Of a stretch of DNA of 64,000 nt, positions 27,716-37,695 are shown piece after piece. The notes under the pieces were generated by a model that was not told the DNA's origin, did no database searches, and worked only from the letters and a program-made list of their open reading frames with translations. The stretch is taken from assembly GCA_964617505.1 (NCBI GenBank), contig CAZTZB010000003.1, positions 7,968 to 71,967 on the forward strand, in the 5' to 3' direction. The translations under genes and the position numbers were made by a program. Every line of letters begins with the position of its first letter. Position 1 is the first letter of the stretch. The stretch is from an uncultured Peptostreptococcaceae bacterium. GTDB lineage: Bacteria; Bacillota; Clostridia; Peptostreptococcales; BM714.

Positions 27716-29003
27716 AAAAATAAATATACCGCATTTGGAAGAAACGGTATATAAATATAAAACAAAACAAGGTTTGGAAATACACGTGATGGAAAAAAAA
27801 GGGTTTTCTAAGAAATACGCTTTCTTTGGTACACGCTATGGATCAATAGATAACACCTTCATAGCGGATGGTGATTATCAAGATATGCCCCATGGCATAG
27901 CTCATTTTTTGGAGCACAAAGTATTTGAAGAGGAAAAGGGAGATGTTTTCGAGGTTTTTTCAAAAACTGGGGCAAGATCAAATGCCTTTACAAGCCATGA
28001 TTCAACCAATTATCTTTTTTCTTGTACGGACAGATTTTATGAAAATTTGGAGACGCTTATAGGTTTCGTACAAACGTTAAATATTGACAGAGATAGTGTT
28101 GAAAAAGAAAAAGGCATCATTAAACAGGAAATAATGATGTATGAAGACAATCCGGAATGGCAAGCTTATATTAATACGCTTAAGCTCATGTATTCGAAGC
28201 ATCCAATCCATATCGATATTGCTGGAACTGTCGAAAGCATAAAAAGCATAGACAAGGAAAAGCTGCTTAAATGTTATAATACATTTTACAGCCCGAATAA
28301 TATGATTGTATTTTTAATTGGAGATATTGACCATTTTAAAGCTATAGATGTTATTGAAAACACTCTTACCGAAGATTTCAAAAGCAGGAATTGCAAAACG
28401 GAAAGGGTAATTGCCGAGGACGGGGATAAGCTCGTAAAGGAAATGCAAAAAGAAATGTTTTCTGTTGCCAGTCCGATTTTTTATATGGGAATAAAATGTA
28501 ATCAGGAGTCGGAAATAGAATCAGACATATTGAAAAAAGAAATTTTCATAGATATATTTCTAACCAATATGCTTGGAAAGGGTTCGAATCTTTATATGGA
28601 GCTTTACGAAGACGGTATGATAGGAAAGAATTTTGGTTATGACTATAATTATGGTCCATCTTACGGACACATAATAATTGGCGGCGAGAGTGAAAAACCC
28701 GAGGAAGCGTATAGGCTTATAAAAGAAGCATTAATAGAATCTTTATCTAAAGAGATATTGGAAGAAGATTTTGACAGAATAAAAAGAAAATTGAAGGGTG
28801 AATCGCTGATTTACCTCAATTCATTGGAATATATTGCAAACGCATATGTTTCGGCATACTATAAAGGAATAAGCTTTTTTACTTATTTTAGTGAACTTGA
28901 GACATTTGATTATGAAAAATATTTGAAAATGCAGAAGAATTACAGTATCGAAGGGAAGACAGTTCTTAGCGTTGTCTATCCAAGGGACGGTGAGGTTTTA
29001 TGA
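27702..29003 (+). CDS. M16 family zinc peptidase (catalytic HxxEH present)
   Basis: It has the motif GIAHFLEHKVFEE. The TTG start lies 4 nt after a GGGAGAG SD and overlaps the upstream M16 gene by 14 nt. Confidence 0.8.
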   Translation: MKKIEKINIPHLEETVYKYKTKQGLEIHVMEKKGFSKKYAFFGTRYGSIDNTFIADGDYQDMPHGIAHFLEHKVFEEEKGDVFEVFSKTGARSNAFTSHDSTNYLFSCTDRFYENLETLIGFVQTLNIDRDSVEKEKGIIKQEIMMYEDNPEWQAYINTLKLMYSKHPIHIDIAGTVESIKSIDKEKLLKCYNTFYSPNNMIVFLIGDIDHFKAIDVIENTLTEDFKSRNCKTERVIAEDGDKLVKEMQKEMFSVASPIFYMGIKCNQESEIESDILKKEIFIDIFLTNMLGKGSNLYMELYEDGMIGKNFGYDYNYGPSYGHIIIGGESEKPEEAYRLIKEALIESLSKEILEEDFDRIKRKLKGESLIYLNSLEYIANAYVSAYYKGISFFTYFSELETFDYEKYLKMQKNYSIEGKTVLSVVYPRDGEVL

Positions 29004-29737
29004 TAAATCCAATAGCATTTGAAATTTTTGGAATAGGGATCAGGTGGTATGGAATACTTATAAGCATAGGGTTGGTGCTGGGAGTAGTAATTGCCATGAG
29101 AGAGTCAGTCAGGGAGGGCCTTGATGAAAATATGATTCTAGATTTTGTGATTTTTGCAGTACCTGTTGCTGTACTGTGCGCCAGAGCATATTATGTTCTT
29201 TTTAACCTTTCATACTATGATGGGGATATTATGAAAATGATCAACATTAGACAAGGCGGGCTTGCCATTCACGGAACTGTAATAGGTGGAGTGATAACCG
29301 CTATTGTTTATACGAGATACAAAAAGATAAAATTCTGGAAATTGGCCGACATATGTGCTCCAGGTCTTATTTTAGGACAAGCCATTGGAAGATGGGGAAA
29401 TTTCATAAACCAAGAGGCTTACGGAAGACCGACTTCCCTGCCATGGGCTATCCATATTAATGGAATCGGTGTACATCCCACATTTCTCTATGAATCCTTG
29501 TGGAACTTGATAATTTTTATATTTTTGATGGCAATAAGGAAAAAGAAAAAATTTGATGGACAGATGTTTACATTGTATATGATGCTGTATTCTTTTGGCA
29601 GATTTTTCATAGAAGGGCTTCGAACGGATAGCTTGATGCTTGGCGAATTTCGTGTAGCACAGCTTTTAAGTCTTGCTTTGATTTTTACTGGAGCAGGCAT
29701 TTACTATTCTAAAAGCAAAAAACATCATCGGATTTAA
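29000..29737 (+). CDS. lgt: prolipoprotein diacylglyceryl transferase
   Basis: It has IRWYG, GQAIGRWGNFINQE.YG and HPTFLYES. Confidence 0.9.
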   Translation: MINPIAFEIFGIGIRWYGILISIGLVLGVVIAMRESVREGLDENMILDFVIFAVPVAVLCARAYYVLFNLSYYDGDIMKMINIRQGGLAIHGTVIGGVITAIVYTRYKKIKFWKLADICAPGLILGQAIGRWGNFINQEAYGRPTSLPWAIHINGIGVHPTFLYESLWNLIIFIFLMAIRKKKKFDGQMFTLYMMLYSFGRFFIEGLRTDSLMLGEFRVAQLLSLALIFTGAGIYYSKSKKHHRI

Positions 29738-29777
29738 TTACTAAGACAATTTAATTTTCTCTGTTTTATAGAGTTTT

Positions 29778-29807
29778 AAGACTTCTTTTTAAGGAGTCTT
29801 TTTTTTA
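29778..29807 (+). terminator. rho-independent terminator after lgt
   Basis: Hairpin aagacttc-ttttta-aggagtctt followed by T8. Confidence 0.7.
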
Positions 29808-29884
29808 TAAAAAAAAATAAAAATAATTTAAAAAAAAAGAAGGTATACGGTTTGGGGCATAGAATTAATAGAATAAGGTTCAAA

Positions 29885-29923
29885 GTGGTATGAAGTGGGG
29901 TAAAATCCCACAAAATGGGGTGG
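29885..29923 (+). promoter_or_regulatory. candidate MraZ operator (GTGG boxes) in the mraZ leader
   Basis: GTGG boxes at 29885 and 29895 have 10-bp phasing. An inverted copy CCCAC lies at 29907-29911 and another GTGG at 29920. All are within 45 nt of the mraZ ATG. Confidence 0.3.
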
Positions 29924-29927
29924 AAAT

Positions 29928-30359
29928 ATGTTTATTGGAGAATTCCAACATACGATGGATAAAAAGGGACGGGTAAACATACCGTCTAAATTTAGAGAAT
30001 CCCTTGGAGAAACTTTTTACATAACAAAGGGGTTGGATTCTTGTTTGTTCATTTTTCCACAAAATGAATTTTCGAATTTTGAAGAAAAATTAAAAGAACT
30101 GCCTTTGGCCAGTAAAGATGCAAGAATCTTTACGAGAATGTTTTTTGCGGGAGCCGCTGAATGCCAATTTGACAAGCAGGGAAGAATAATCATACCTCCT
30201 GTGTTGAGACAATATGGAGATTTAGACAAGGATGTTGTCATTATAGGAGTATCCACCAGAATAGAAGTCTGGGACAAGGAACAATGGGATGCATACAATG
30301 CCGCTGAAAATGTCGATTATGACGATATAGCAGAAAGAATGGCCTTGTTAGGGATTTAA
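29928..30359 (+). CDS. mraZ: transcriptional regulator MraZ
   Basis: It starts [23 protein letters not shown] and has a second DKQGRIIIP SpoVT/AbrB-like repeat. Confidence 0.95.
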   Translation: MFIGEFQHTMDKKGRVNIPSKFRESLGETFYITKGLDSCLFIFPQNEFSNFEEKLKELPLASKDARIFTRMFFAGAAECQFDKQGRIIIPPVLRQYGDLDKDVVIIGVSTRIEVWDKEQWDAYNAAENVDYDDIAERMALLGI

Positions 30360-30373
30360 AGGAGGTATGCGGA

Positions 30374-31309
30374 ATGGTTTTCTCACATGAATCAGTACTC
30401 TTGAAAGAGTCGATTGACGGATTGAATATTATACAAGGCGGGATTTATGTTGATGGGACAAGCGGAGGAGGAGGTCATTCAATCGAAATTGCAAAGAGAT
30501 TGGATGAAACGGGCCGGCTCATTTGTATTGACCAAGATAAAGAGGCTTTGTTGCATGCAGAAAATCGATTGAGTTCTTACGAAGGGAAAATAACATTTAT
30601 TCATGACAATTTTTCAAACTTGAAAAATATTCTTGAAAGAATTGGCATAAATAAAATTAACGGATTGATACTTGATTTAGGAGTTTCTTCCTACCAGCTT
30701 GACAACAAAGACAGAGGATTTTCATACATGCAGAATGCTCCGCTTGACATGCGAATGGATTCATCGGGCGACCTTACGGCACATGAAGTAGTAAATACAT
30801 ACGATAAGGAAGATCTTAAGAGAATAATAAAAGATTATGGAGAAGAAAACTGGGCTGCAAGAATCGCCGAATTCATTGAGAATGAAAGAAAAATCAAGGA
30901 TATTGAAACGACTGGGGAATTGGTTGAAATTATAAAAAAAGCCATTCCGTCTAAGGCGAGAAAAGATGGACCCCATCCTGCAAAAAGGACCTTTCAGGCA
31001 ATAAGAATTGAAGTCAACAATGAGTTGGGGATAATAGAAAAAACAATTATAGATTCTGTCGCATGCATGGAGAAAAAAGGAAGAATTTGCATAATAACAT
31101 TTCATTCTTTAGAAGACAGGATAGTAAAAAATACTTATAAATATCTTCAGAAAGACTGCATATGTCCTCCGGAATTGCCGGTATGCAAATGCGATAAGAG
31201 GCAGGAAGTAAAAATAGTGACAAGAAAACCTATTGTTCCTTCGGAACTTGAGGTTGAAAATAATCCCAGATCAAGAAGCGCAAAGCTGAGAATTGCCGAA
31301 CGCATATAA
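30374..31309 (+). CDS. rsmH: 16S rRNA m4C1402 methyltransferase RsmH
   Basis: It has H.SVLL.E, DGT.GGGGHS, DLGVSS.QLD and [10 protein letters not shown]. Confidence 0.95.
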   Translation: MVFSHESVLLKESIDGLNIIQGGIYVDGTSGGGGHSIEIAKRLDETGRLICIDQDKEALLHAENRLSSYEGKITFIHDNFSNLKNILERIGINKINGLILDLGVSSYQLDNKDRGFSYMQNAPLDMRMDSSGDLTAHEVVNTYDKEDLKRIIKDYGEENWAARIAEFIENERKIKDIETTGELVEIIKKAIPSKARKDGPHPAKRTFQAIRIEVNNELGIIEKTIIDSVACMEKKGRICIITFHSLEDRIVKNTYKYLQKDCICPPELPVCKCDKRQEVKIVTRKPIVPSELEVENNPRSRSAKLRIAERI

Positions 31310-31328
31310 TAATAAGGAGGGACCTTTT

Positions 31329-31802
31329 ATGACATCACTTGCATACAAAAAATATAGCGAATACGATTTTACTGATATAAAAATTGAAGAATCCGGAAGA
31401 AAAATAGTAAAGAAAAAATCTTTTGCAGCACCGAAGCTATTCATCGTTATTGCTCTTATTGGGGGCCTCTTTATAAGCATATTGTTCGGATATGCTGCAA
31501 TAAGTGAAGTAAAATACCAGGTATATGAACATAAGCAGGCGATGGACGATTTGCAGATGAAAATCGAAAAATGTAATATCGAGTTGGAAGCAATGAATAA
31601 AACGAGTATAATTGAAGATAAAGCAATAAACGAATTAGGAATGAAAGTTCCTAATAGGCAGCAGCTGGTTTATTTGAATGCGAATGAAGGCGTAAACGAG
31701 ATTACCCGTGTTTCTATAGCTCTACCGATTGAACAATCAGATAGCGGGTTTTTCAGAAATATTTACTCTTCCATATTGAGTCTGGGATTTATATGGGATT
31801 GA
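31329..31802 (+). CDS. ftsL: cell division protein FtsL-like (bitopic, coiled coil)
   Basis: ATG 31329 follows an AAGGAGGG SD. It has a single TM segment, then a coiled coil. Its position between rsmH and the PBP supports the call. Confidence 0.7.
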   Translation: MTSLAYKKYSEYDFTDIKIEESGRKIVKKKSFAAPKLFIVIALIGGLFISILFGYAAISEVKYQVYEHKQAMDDLQMKIEKCNIELEAMNKTSIIEDKAINELGMKVPNRQQLVYLNANEGVNEITRVSIALPIEQSDSGFFRNIYSSILSLGFIWD

Positions 31803-31819
31803 TTTGAAGGAGGCATCGA

Positions 31820-33790
31820 ATGGCACTGTCTAAAAGTTCAAAACAAAGATTGAATCTGACACTTATAATTGTTATGGCTATTTTTATCCTTTTGGCTGTC
31901 AGACTTATAAAAGTACAAATAATAGACGGTGAAAAATATAGTGATATGGCGGTAATACAACAGACAAAGGACATACCTATACCGGCGCAAAGAGGGGAAA
32001 TACTGGATCGAAACTTGAAAAAACTGGCTATAAACATGACCTTGTACAATGTTTGGGGAGATACAAATAGAATCACAAGTCCTGAAACTTCCTCAAAATT
32101 AATTGCGGATATTCTTGATTTGGATTCAAAAGCCATGCTTGACAAAATCAGTGCAGGCAAAGGTTTGATAAGCATAGGAAAATGGATTGACAAGGATAAA
32201 ATTGAAGAAATCGATTCTTTAAATCTGGAAGGTGTATGGTTTACTGAGGTCGAGAGACGATATTACCCCCTGGACGCATTGGGGGCTTTTGTAATTGGGC
32301 ATACGACAGCCGACAACAGAGGATTGGCAGGTGTGGAGTTGGAGTTAAACCGTTATCTTACGGGTTTAAGTGGACGATGGATTAGGAATACGGATGTTTT
32401 GGGCCGCCAGTTGCCTTTTGGAACAGACAAGTACTATGGCGCTCAGGACGGACTAAATGTAATACTGACAATTGATGAAGTTTTACAGTATTATATGGAA
32501 CAAGTAATCGAAAAGGGAAGAGAAGAACTTGGCGCAAAAAAAATAATGGCGCTTATGATGGATCCCAAAACGGGAGATATTTTGGCAATGGCTTCATATC
32601 CGGATTATAATCCAAATGATCCTAGAATTCCGGTTGATCAAAGCCAATTGGATGAATATATAAACTTGGAAGAAAATGAAAAACAGACATATTGGAATCA
32701 ATTGTGGAGAAATCCAATCGTTAGTGATACGTATGAGCCTGGATCAACTTTTAAACTGATAACATCTGCTATGTCTTTGGAGGAAAATATTGTAAGACCA
32801 GACACGAAGTTTTATGCAAATGGCTATATAAATGTTGCCGGTACAATCATTAAATGTTGGCGCTATTATAGACCTCATGGAGAAGAGACTCTTACCCAGG
32901 GACTTGAAAATTCATGCAATCCTGTATTTGTTGAGCTTGGATTAAAACTTGGGAAAGAAAAGTTTTATAAGTACCTTGAGGCCTTTGGATTCATGGAAAA
33001 GACGGGTATTGAACTGCCGGGAGAGTCTAGTGGATTGACACTTCCTCTTGAAAAGGTCGGACCTGTTGAACTTGCGACTATGTCCTTTGGACAAGGCTTG
33101 TCGATTACGCCTATTCAGTTGATTACTGCTGTTTCAGCCATTGCGAATGATGGAAGACTTATGGAGCCAAGGTTGATTTCTGGTTTGGCGGACAATAGTG
33201 GACATGTTGTAGAAACCTTTGAACCTGTTTTCAAAAGACAGGTTATCTCGCAAAGCACTTCGATGGAAATGCTTTTAATGATGGAAAGTGTTGTATTCAA
33301 CGGTTCTGGAAAAGAGGCTTACATTCCGGGGTATAGAGTAGGAGGTAAAACCGGAACAGCCCAGAAAATAGTAAATGGAGTATATGATGATGACAAAGTT
33401 ATTGCCTCATTTATTGGCGTTGCACCTGTTGATGATCCTAAACTCGCTATATTGTTAGTGATTGATGAACCAGAAAAAAGCCATTTTGGAAGCCTGACAG
33501 CAACACCGCTTGCTAAGGAAATAATAGAAAAAAGTTTGATACACATGTCAGTTGAACCGCGATATACAGAAGATGAGCTTGAAATAATAAAGAAAGAATC
33601 TGTAGTTGTTCCGGATGTAAATGGAATGGTAGCGCGTGATGCTATAGAAACGATAACTAAAGCCGGATTGAAATATAAGATAGAGCCTGAAATAGAAACG
33701 TTAGATGAAGCGCATACAGTTTTGGAGCAATACCCTTATGCTGGATATGAAGCACAAAAGGGATATAGTGTTATCATATATGTGGAGTGA
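31820..33790 (+). CDS. class B penicillin-binding protein (FtsI/PBP2B/SpoVD family) with a C-terminal PASTA domain
   Basis: It has a TM anchor and a PBP dimerisation domain. The active-site motifs are STFK (PGSTFK), SCN (ENSCNP) and KTGT. One PASTA domain follows (VPDVNGM...YSVIIYV). Confidence 0.9.
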   Translation: MALSKSSKQRLNLTLIIVMAIFILLAVRLIKVQIIDGEKYSDMAVIQQTKDIPIPAQRGEILDRNLKKLAINMTLYNVWGDTNRITSPETSSKLIADILDLDSKAMLDKISAGKGLISIGKWIDKDKIEEIDSLNLEGVWFTEVERRYYPLDALGAFVIGHTTADNRGLAGVELELNRYLTGLSGRWIRNTDVLGRQLPFGTDKYYGAQDGLNVILTIDEVLQYYMEQVIEKGREELGAKKIMALMMDPKTGDILAMASYPDYNPNDPRIPVDQSQLDEYINLEENEKQTYWNQLWRNPIVSDTYEPGSTFKLITSAMSLEENIVRPDTKFYANGYINVAGTIIKCWRYYRPHGEETLTQGLENSCNPVFVELGLKLGKEKFYKYLEAFGFMEKTGIELPGESSGLTLPLEKVGPVELATMSFGQGLSITPIQLITAVSAIANDGRLMEPRLISGLADNSGHVVETFEPVFKRQVISQSTSMEMLLMMESVVFNGSGKEAYIPGYRVGGKTGTAQKIVNGVYDDDKVIASFIGVAPVDDPKLAILLVIDEPEKSHFGSLTATPLAKEIIEKSLIHMSVEPRYTEDELEIIKKESVVVPDVNGMVARDAIETITKAGLKYKIEPEIETLDEAHTVLEQYPYAGYEAQKGYSVIIYVE

Positions 33791-33820
33791 AAAATAATCG
33801 AATATGATATAATGCTTTAG

Positions 33821-33852
33821 AAAGGCAATTTGAATATGCAAATTGCCTTTTT
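33821..33852 (+). terminator. terminator-like hairpin between the PBP gene and murE
   Basis: A perfect 11-bp stem pairs aaaggcaattt (33821-33831) with aaattgccttt (33840-33850). The 3' arm plus flank gives a 5-T run. Confidence 0.55.
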
Positions 33853-33882
33853 AAAATATTTATAGAATGAAGGGGTATCCTA

Positions 33883-35358
33883 ATGAGACTTGGCGACCTA
33901 GTTAAACCGGGAGAATATATTTCTTGCAAAGGTGGAAAAGAATTTAATTCTATTATTAATAGTATCGCTTATGATTCGAGAAATGTTAAAAATGGAGATT
34001 GTTTTATAGCTATAAAGGGTTATGAAAGCGATGGTCATGATTTTATTCCAAAGGCTTTCATAAACGGAGCGAGTGTTTTTATTATTGATCAATCGTCTTG
34101 GTTTAAATGGATTATCAAAGAGTATCCGCATATAGCAGTTTTGCTCGTAGATGATTCAAGAAGCATGCTTTCTATAATGGCTGACCGTTATTTTGCCAGC
34201 CCATCAAAGTGCATGACGGTCATAGGCGTAACCGGAACCAATGGAAAAACTTCTGTTACAACATATATATATAACGCCCTAAGAAGCTTGGGGTTTTCAT
34301 CAGGTCTTATAGGAACAATAGAAATGCGCATTGATGATGAAGTTTTACCCGCAACAAGAACAACTCCGGAATCATTTGAGCTACAAAAAATATTTAAGGA
34401 TATGCGGAGTAAAGGCACAAGATATGTTGTCATGGAAGTATCTTCGCATGCATTAAAACTTAAGCGTGTGCAAGATGTTGACTTCGATATTGCTGTTTTT
34501 ACAAATTTGACTCAAGATCATCTCGATTTTCATAAAACAATGGACGATTATGCCAATACTAAATACATGCTAATGAAAAAGCAGAAAAAGGCAGCAATTA
34601 TAAACACGGACGACTCATATGGCAAAGCATTTACAGCTTCGCTTCGCAAAGATGGCAAGAGGGTCGTCACATATGGAATGAGCGAAGCATCAGACATAAT
34701 GACTAAGAGCAAAGAACCTAGCGGTGAAATAACAATCAAGGAATACGGAAATGAAAAGGAAATAAAGTTTGAATCATCAAGTCGATTTGAAACATATAAT
34801 AAAATGGCGGCATATGCAGCATTGAGGGAAATGGGTTTTGATTCCATCAAAATCCAGGATGCTTTTTTTAATTTAAAAGGGGCCAGAGGACGATTTGAGA
34901 AGGTTCCGGGATCACTGGAAAAAGAAATTGAAGTCATTGTGGATTATGCCCATACGCCTGATGCTCTATCTAATGTCATTGAAGCCATCAACGAATACAA
35001 AAGCGGACGGCTCATTATAGTTTTTGGGTGTGGCGGTGAAAGGGATACTTTAAAAAGACCAATAATGGGAAGGATTGCGTATGAAGGTTCTGAACACGTA
35101 ATTTTAACTGACGATAATCCGAGGCGAGAAGACCCAGAAGCTATAATCAAACAAATTGAATCCGGTATATTAGATGGCAATTACGAAGTTATAAGAAATA
35201 GGAAAGAAGCAATAAAAAAAGCCATAATGATGGCAGAGCCCTCAGATGTTGTTTTGATAGCCGGAAAAGGTCATGAGAAGCTTCAGGTAATAGGTGAAGA
35301 AAGCCTTGAACACGATGATTTTGATATTGCCCGCAGAATGATGGAGGAGTTAACATGA
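33883..35358 (+). CDS. murE: UDP-MurNAc-L-Ala-D-Glu:meso-diaminopimelate ligase MurE
   Basis: It has the Mur ligase P-loop GVTGTNGKTS. The DNPR motif (LTDDNPRRE) is associated with meso-DAP-adding enzymes. Confidence 0.9.
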   Translation: MRLGDLVKPGEYISCKGGKEFNSIINSIAYDSRNVKNGDCFIAIKGYESDGHDFIPKAFINGASVFIIDQSSWFKWIIKEYPHIAVLLVDDSRSMLSIMADRYFASPSKCMTVIGVTGTNGKTSVTTYIYNALRSLGFSSGLIGTIEMRIDDEVLPATRTTPESFELQKIFKDMRSKGTRYVVMEVSSHALKLKRVQDVDFDIAVFTNLTQDHLDFHKTMDDYANTKYMLMKKQKKAAIINTDDSYGKAFTASLRKDGKRVVTYGMSEASDIMTKSKEPSGEITIKEYGNEKEIKFESSSRFETYNKMAAYAALREMGFDSIKIQDAFFNLKGARGRFEKVPGSLEKEIEVIVDYAHTPDALSNVIEAINEYKSGRLIIVFGCGGERDTLKRPIMGRIAYEGSEHVILTDDNPRREDPEAIIKQIESGILDGNYEVIRNRKEAIKKAIMMAEPSDVVLIAGKGHEKLQVIGEESLEHDDFDIARRMMEELT

Positions 35359-36731
35359 AAAATATTACAGTAAAGCAATTGGCCGGTATGCTTGGAGTCA
35401 TATTTGATGGGCGAGAGTATTCGGAAAAAAGTTTAAACAATTTGATTATCGATTCGAGGAAGATAAAACCCGGAGATGCGTTCATAGCACTTAAAGGACC
35501 GTCCTTCGATGGGCATGATTTTATTTCCGATGCTATAGAAAAAGGTGCTATAGTTGTTCTAGCTGAGCGGAATATGGATGTTAAGGCAGAGCTGATAATA
35601 GTAGAAGATACTAAAAAGGCTATTAGTGTGATAGCAAGAGAGATATTGAAGAGGGCAAATCCGCTGGTTGTAGCTGTTACTGGCAGTAGTGGAAAAACGA
35701 CGACAAAAGAAATGATTTATTGCGCATTGAAGGAAAAATACAATGTTCATAAAACTCATGGTAATTTAAACAACGATATTGGATTGCCGCTAACTCTGTT
35801 TGAGCTTGAAAACGAACATGAGATTGTAGTCTTGGAAATGGGCATGAATGCTGAAGGTGAAATAAGGCGGCTTGCAAACATTGCCAAGCCTGATATTGCA
35901 GTTATTACGAATATTGGTGAATCACATATAGGGAGACTGGGGTCTAAAGAAAATATCTTTGCAGCAAAGATGGAAATTTGTGAAAATATGGATAAAGATA
36001 GTGTGTTGATTGCCAACGGCGACGATGTTTTTCTAAAAGCCTTAAGGGGAAAAAACGCAAAATATCGAAAAGTATTTACTTCAATAAGCAAGACGGAAGA
36101 ATGCGATGTTTATGCAAAAGATATAGATTATCGAGAAAAAGGATCAAAATTCATTTTAGTGCATGAGGAAAATGAATATTCTTGTGTATTGAATGTTCAA
36201 GGAAAGCATAATGTGTCAAACGCATTATTGGCTTTTGCTGTCGCGGTGCAGGCAGGCGTTGAACCCGAACGGGCAGTGCAGGGAATAGAAAAGTATGAAG
36301 TCAATGATTTGCGAGGAGCAATAATAGAGCTCGGAGGAATGATATTGGTGAACGATACCTATAATGCCAATCCTTCATCTATGAGTGCTTCGCTGGAATC
36401 ATTTTCAACATTTAAGGGAAGGAAAATAGCGGTTCTTGGAGATATGCTCGAATTAGGAAGCTATGCGAAAAAGATGCATATGGAAGTGGGAATGAAAGTG
36501 GTCGATGAGGGAATCGATATACTAATGGTGACCGGTAGCTATGCTGGTGACTATGAAAAAGGCGCCTTGATGAATGGACTTAAAAGAAACCGTGTTCATG
36601 TTTTTGAAAATAATGATTTATTGGTTGATGGGCTGAAGGAAACAATGAGGCCTGGGGATGCAATATTGTTCAAGGGTTCTCACAGCACAAGGATGAACGA
36701 AGTCTACAAGGAGATATTAAGATATGCATAG
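35355..36731 (+). CDS. murF: UDP-MurNAc-tripeptide:D-Ala-D-Ala ligase MurF
   Basis: It has GSSGKTTTKEM and NDTYNANP, and is coupled to murE by an ATGA overlap. Confidence 0.9.
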   Translation: MKNITVKQLAGMLGVIFDGREYSEKSLNNLIIDSRKIKPGDAFIALKGPSFDGHDFISDAIEKGAIVVLAERNMDVKAELIIVEDTKKAISVIAREILKRANPLVVAVTGSSGKTTTKEMIYCALKEKYNVHKTHGNLNNDIGLPLTLFELENEHEIVVLEMGMNAEGEIRRLANIAKPDIAVITNIGESHIGRLGSKENIFAAKMEICENMDKDSVLIANGDDVFLKALRGKNAKYRKVFTSISKTEECDVYAKDIDYREKGSKFILVHEENEYSCVLNVQGKHNVSNALLAFAVAVQAGVEPERAVQGIEKYEVNDLRGAIIELGGMILVNDTYNANPSSMSASLESFSTFKGRKIAVLGDMLELGSYAKKMHMEVGMKVVDEGIDILMVTGSYAGDYEKGALMNGLKRNRVHVFENNDLLVDGLKETMRPGDAILFKGSHSTRMNEVYKEILRYA

Positions 36732-37695
36732 TTTTTTTGTTCAATTTATAATAACGCTATCGGTCACTATGATTGCAGGGCAAATAATGATTCCCTACTT
36801 AAGAAAATTGAAAGTAGGACAATCTATAAGGGAGGATGGTCCCGCTTCGCATCTTATTAAAAGTGGAACCCCTACCATTGGGGGCCTGATATTCATTTGT
36901 CCAGTGATATTGGCCTATTTCGTTTTGGGTGATAAGGAAAATGTTGGGCTGCAGATACTTATCTCAGGTTTTCTATTATTTGCGCTGATAGGATTTATAG
37001 ACGACTACTTAAAGGTTGTAAAAAAAAGAAATCTCGGTTTAAGAGCTTATCAGAAGCTTGCAATGCAATCACTTCTTGCTGCTTTGATATTGTTTTTGCT
37101 CTACAAAAGCGGCTTGACAGACAATAGGCTGTTGGTGCATTCGTTGGGGGCATCTATAGACATGGGATGGCTTAAGGTACCGTTTTTGATGGTGTTTATC
37201 TTGGCAACAGTCAATAGCGTCAACCTAACGGACGGTTTGGATGGGTTGGCTACAAGCGTTACAATTACCGTTTCCTTGCTGTTTCTTTACTATGGAGCGC
37301 ATATTGGGATGGATGGGTTTACGCAGGTAATAGTATTTTTCATTGCGTCTCTTCTTGCTTTCTTATTTTTCAATAGAAAACCTGCTAAAGTTTTTATGGG
37401 AGATACGGGATCATTGGCGCTTGGAGCCTATGTTGCCATTACTGCCATACAACTAAGGATAGAATTGATGCTGCTTATTTACGGATTCATATATTTTATG
37501 GAATCATTGTCAGTCATTATACAGGTAATAAGTTTTAAAACAAGAAAAAAGAGGGTTTTTCTTATGAGTCCTATCCACCACCATTTTGAGCTGTCAGGAT
37601 GGTCGGAAAGAAAGGTTGTTTTTGTATTTACTGCCATAACAGTGGGGGCAGTGCTGATATCCGGATGGATTCTAAGCAAAGGAGCAATAATATGA
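36724..37695 (+). CDS. mraY: phospho-MurNAc-pentapeptide translocase MraY
   Basis: It is polytopic, with NLTDGLDGLA, MGDTGSLALG and SPIHHHFE. Confidence 0.95.
   Translation: MHSFFVQFIITLSVTMIAGQIMIPYLRKLKVGQSIREDGPASHLIKSGTPTIGGLIFICPVILAYFVLGDKENVGLQILISGFLLFALIGFIDDYLKVVKKRNLGLRAYQKLAMQSLLAALILFLLYKSGLTDNRLLVHSLGASIDMGWLKVPFLMVFILATVNSVNLTDGLDGLATSVTITVSLLFLYYGAHIGMDGFTQVIVFFIASLLAFLFFNRKPAKVFMGDTGSLALGAYVAITAIQLRIELMLLIYGFIYFMESLSVIIQVISFKTRKKRVFLMSPIHHHFELSGWSERKVVFVFTAITVGAVLISGWILSKGAII

Noticed and set aside
29800-29850. An extreme A/T homopolymer tract considered as a mobile-element end or assembly artefact.
   Set aside because: It lies in the terminator tail of lgt and the upstream region of the mraZ promoter. 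There are no flanking direct or inverted repeats or mobility genes, so it is more simply an AT-rich intergenic or UP-like element.
37599-37691. The track's N-terminal extension of murD.
   Set aside because: It lies wholly inside mraY in another frame. ATG 37692 overlaps the mraY stop (ATGA) and gives the canonical MurD Rossmann N-terminus.
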